Origin: Acidimicrobiales bacterium
Lineage (GTDB): Bacteria > Actinomycetota > Acidimicrobiia > Acidimicrobiales > SZUA-35
Direction of reading: 5' to 3'
Assembly (NCBI GenBank): GCA_024644005.1
Contig: JAHELU010000001.1
Location: 1-53,842 of the forward strand
Length of the DNA stretch: 53,842 nucleotides
The notes below the pieces were generated by a model. The model saw nothing but the letters and a program-made list of their open reading frames with translations, was not told where the DNA came from and ran no database searches. Both the position numbers and the translations under genes were made by a program. Below are positions 53,197 to 53,842 of the stretch, piece after piece; within the stretch, counting starts at the first letter, position 1; the number at the start of each line of letters is the position of its first letter.

Positions 53197-53577
53197 ATGA
53201 AGCGATCCTCGTTCAGTCCCGACCGGCCGACCAAGGGCTGGCTGGTCCGCGACGACCGGGTGCTGGCCTCGGTCGAGGTGGCGGTCGGCAGGGTGGCCAA
53301 GACGTGGGGGCTCCTCGGCCGCGACCACATCGACGGTGCACTGGTGATCGAGGGCTGCCGGTCCGTCCACAGCTTCTCGATGGGCTTCGAGCTCGACGTG
53401 GCGTTCCTCGACGGGGACGGCACCGTCATCAGGACCCTACGCCTCCGCCGCAACCGGATCACGCTGCCCGTGTGGCAGGCCCGCTCGGTGCTGGAGGCCG
53501 AGGCCGGCGCCTTCGGCCACTGGGAGCTCAAGGTGGGCGACGTCCTCGAGATCCGGCCGGTGGACGAGCACCCGTGA
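53197..53577 (+). CDS. DUF192-domain protein
   Basis: SVHSFSMGFELDVAFLDGDGTVI. GGAG lies 8 nt upstream of the start. Confidence 0.75.
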   Translation: MKRSSFSPDRPTKGWLVRDDRVLASVEVAVGRVAKTWGLLGRDHIDGALVIEGCRSVHSFSMGFELDVAFLDGDGTVIRTLRLRRNRITLPVWQARSVLEAEAGAFGHWELKVGDVLEIRPVDEHP

Positions 53578-53632
53578 TGGCCGCCGCCGCTCGGTGTCAC
53601 CCAGCCCAGCTCGGCTACCGCCAGAGCCGACG

Positions 53633-53842
53633 GTGACCACCCCGGCGAGTCCCGGTGGCCGGCTGTACGTGGTCGGCACGCCGATCGGCAACCTGTCGGA
53701 CCTGAGCCCCCGCGCCGCGGAAATCCTGGCCGGGGCCGACGGCGTGATCTGCGAGGACAGCAGGCGGACCGGGCGCCTGCTGGCCCACATCGCGAGCGAC
53801 GGCCGGCCCGACGGAGCGGCGAGGCCCGACCTGATAGTGGCC
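53633..53842 (+). CDS. rsmI: 16S rRNA (cytidine1402-2'-O)-methyltransferase RsmI, first 70 codons (runs off the right edge)
   Basis: RLYVVGTPIGNLSDLSPRAAEILAGADGVICEDSRRTGRLL. Confidence 0.85.
   Translation, partial: MTTPASPGGRLYVVGTPIGNLSDLSPRAAEILAGADGVICEDSRRTGRLLAHIASDGRPDGAARPDLIVA

Noticed and set aside
1-53842. Mobile elements, prophage, integrative islands, and defence or toxin-antitoxin modules.
   Set aside because: No integrase, transposase, recombinase, phage structural, restriction-modification, Cas or TA-like ORFs were recognisable. There are no tRNA attachment sites. The gene content is conserved-core plus metabolic and transport genes.

Overview
This is a high-GC, densely coding segment of actinobacterial type. 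The exact taxon cannot be determined from the sequence alone. Gene order follows the conserved core layout known from Mycobacterium and relatives: recA, miaB, miaA-dapF-hflX, lexA divergent from a LysM (ChiZ-like) gene and nrdR, then nrdJ, ychF and rsmI. Transporters, pentose-phosphate genes, a complete succinylase-branch dap set and several hypothetical genes are interspersed.

I call 47 protein genes, two of them partial at the window edges. One is a 28-codon bL37-like ribosomal micro-gene that is below the ORF-track cutoff. recA is also absent from the track because it has no stop codon inside the window. Many long ORFs in the track are off-frame or antisense artefacts of high GC.

I found no rRNA, tRNA, CRISPR array, transposase, integrase or recognisable defence or toxin system. 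I do not see a novel multi-gene protein system here. The unusual signals are at the DNA/RNA level:
1. Two homologous, roughly 165-nt nested-palindrome elements lie exactly in convergent-gene gaps (19084-19246 and 49283-49451). Their loop motifs are conserved and their helices differ in sequence but stay complementary.
2. The long recA leader carries tandem, mutually exclusive hairpin repeats downstream of a LexA-occluded promoter.
3. Five SOS boxes sit in the lexA / ChiZ-like intergenic region.
4. nrdJ has a leader of about 640 nt that starts at paired NrdR boxes and contains 15-nt periodic repeats. Next to it is an unassigned 550-bp GC-dip region.
5. In-frame 12-bp and 24-bp microsatellites occur at the LysR start, in the ChiZ-like N-terminus and in a secreted DUF1996 protein.
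6. TAnnnT -10 boxes lie 6-8 nt upstream of many start codons, which points to widespread leaderless transcription.

All family names come from motif recognition by eye, not from database searches.
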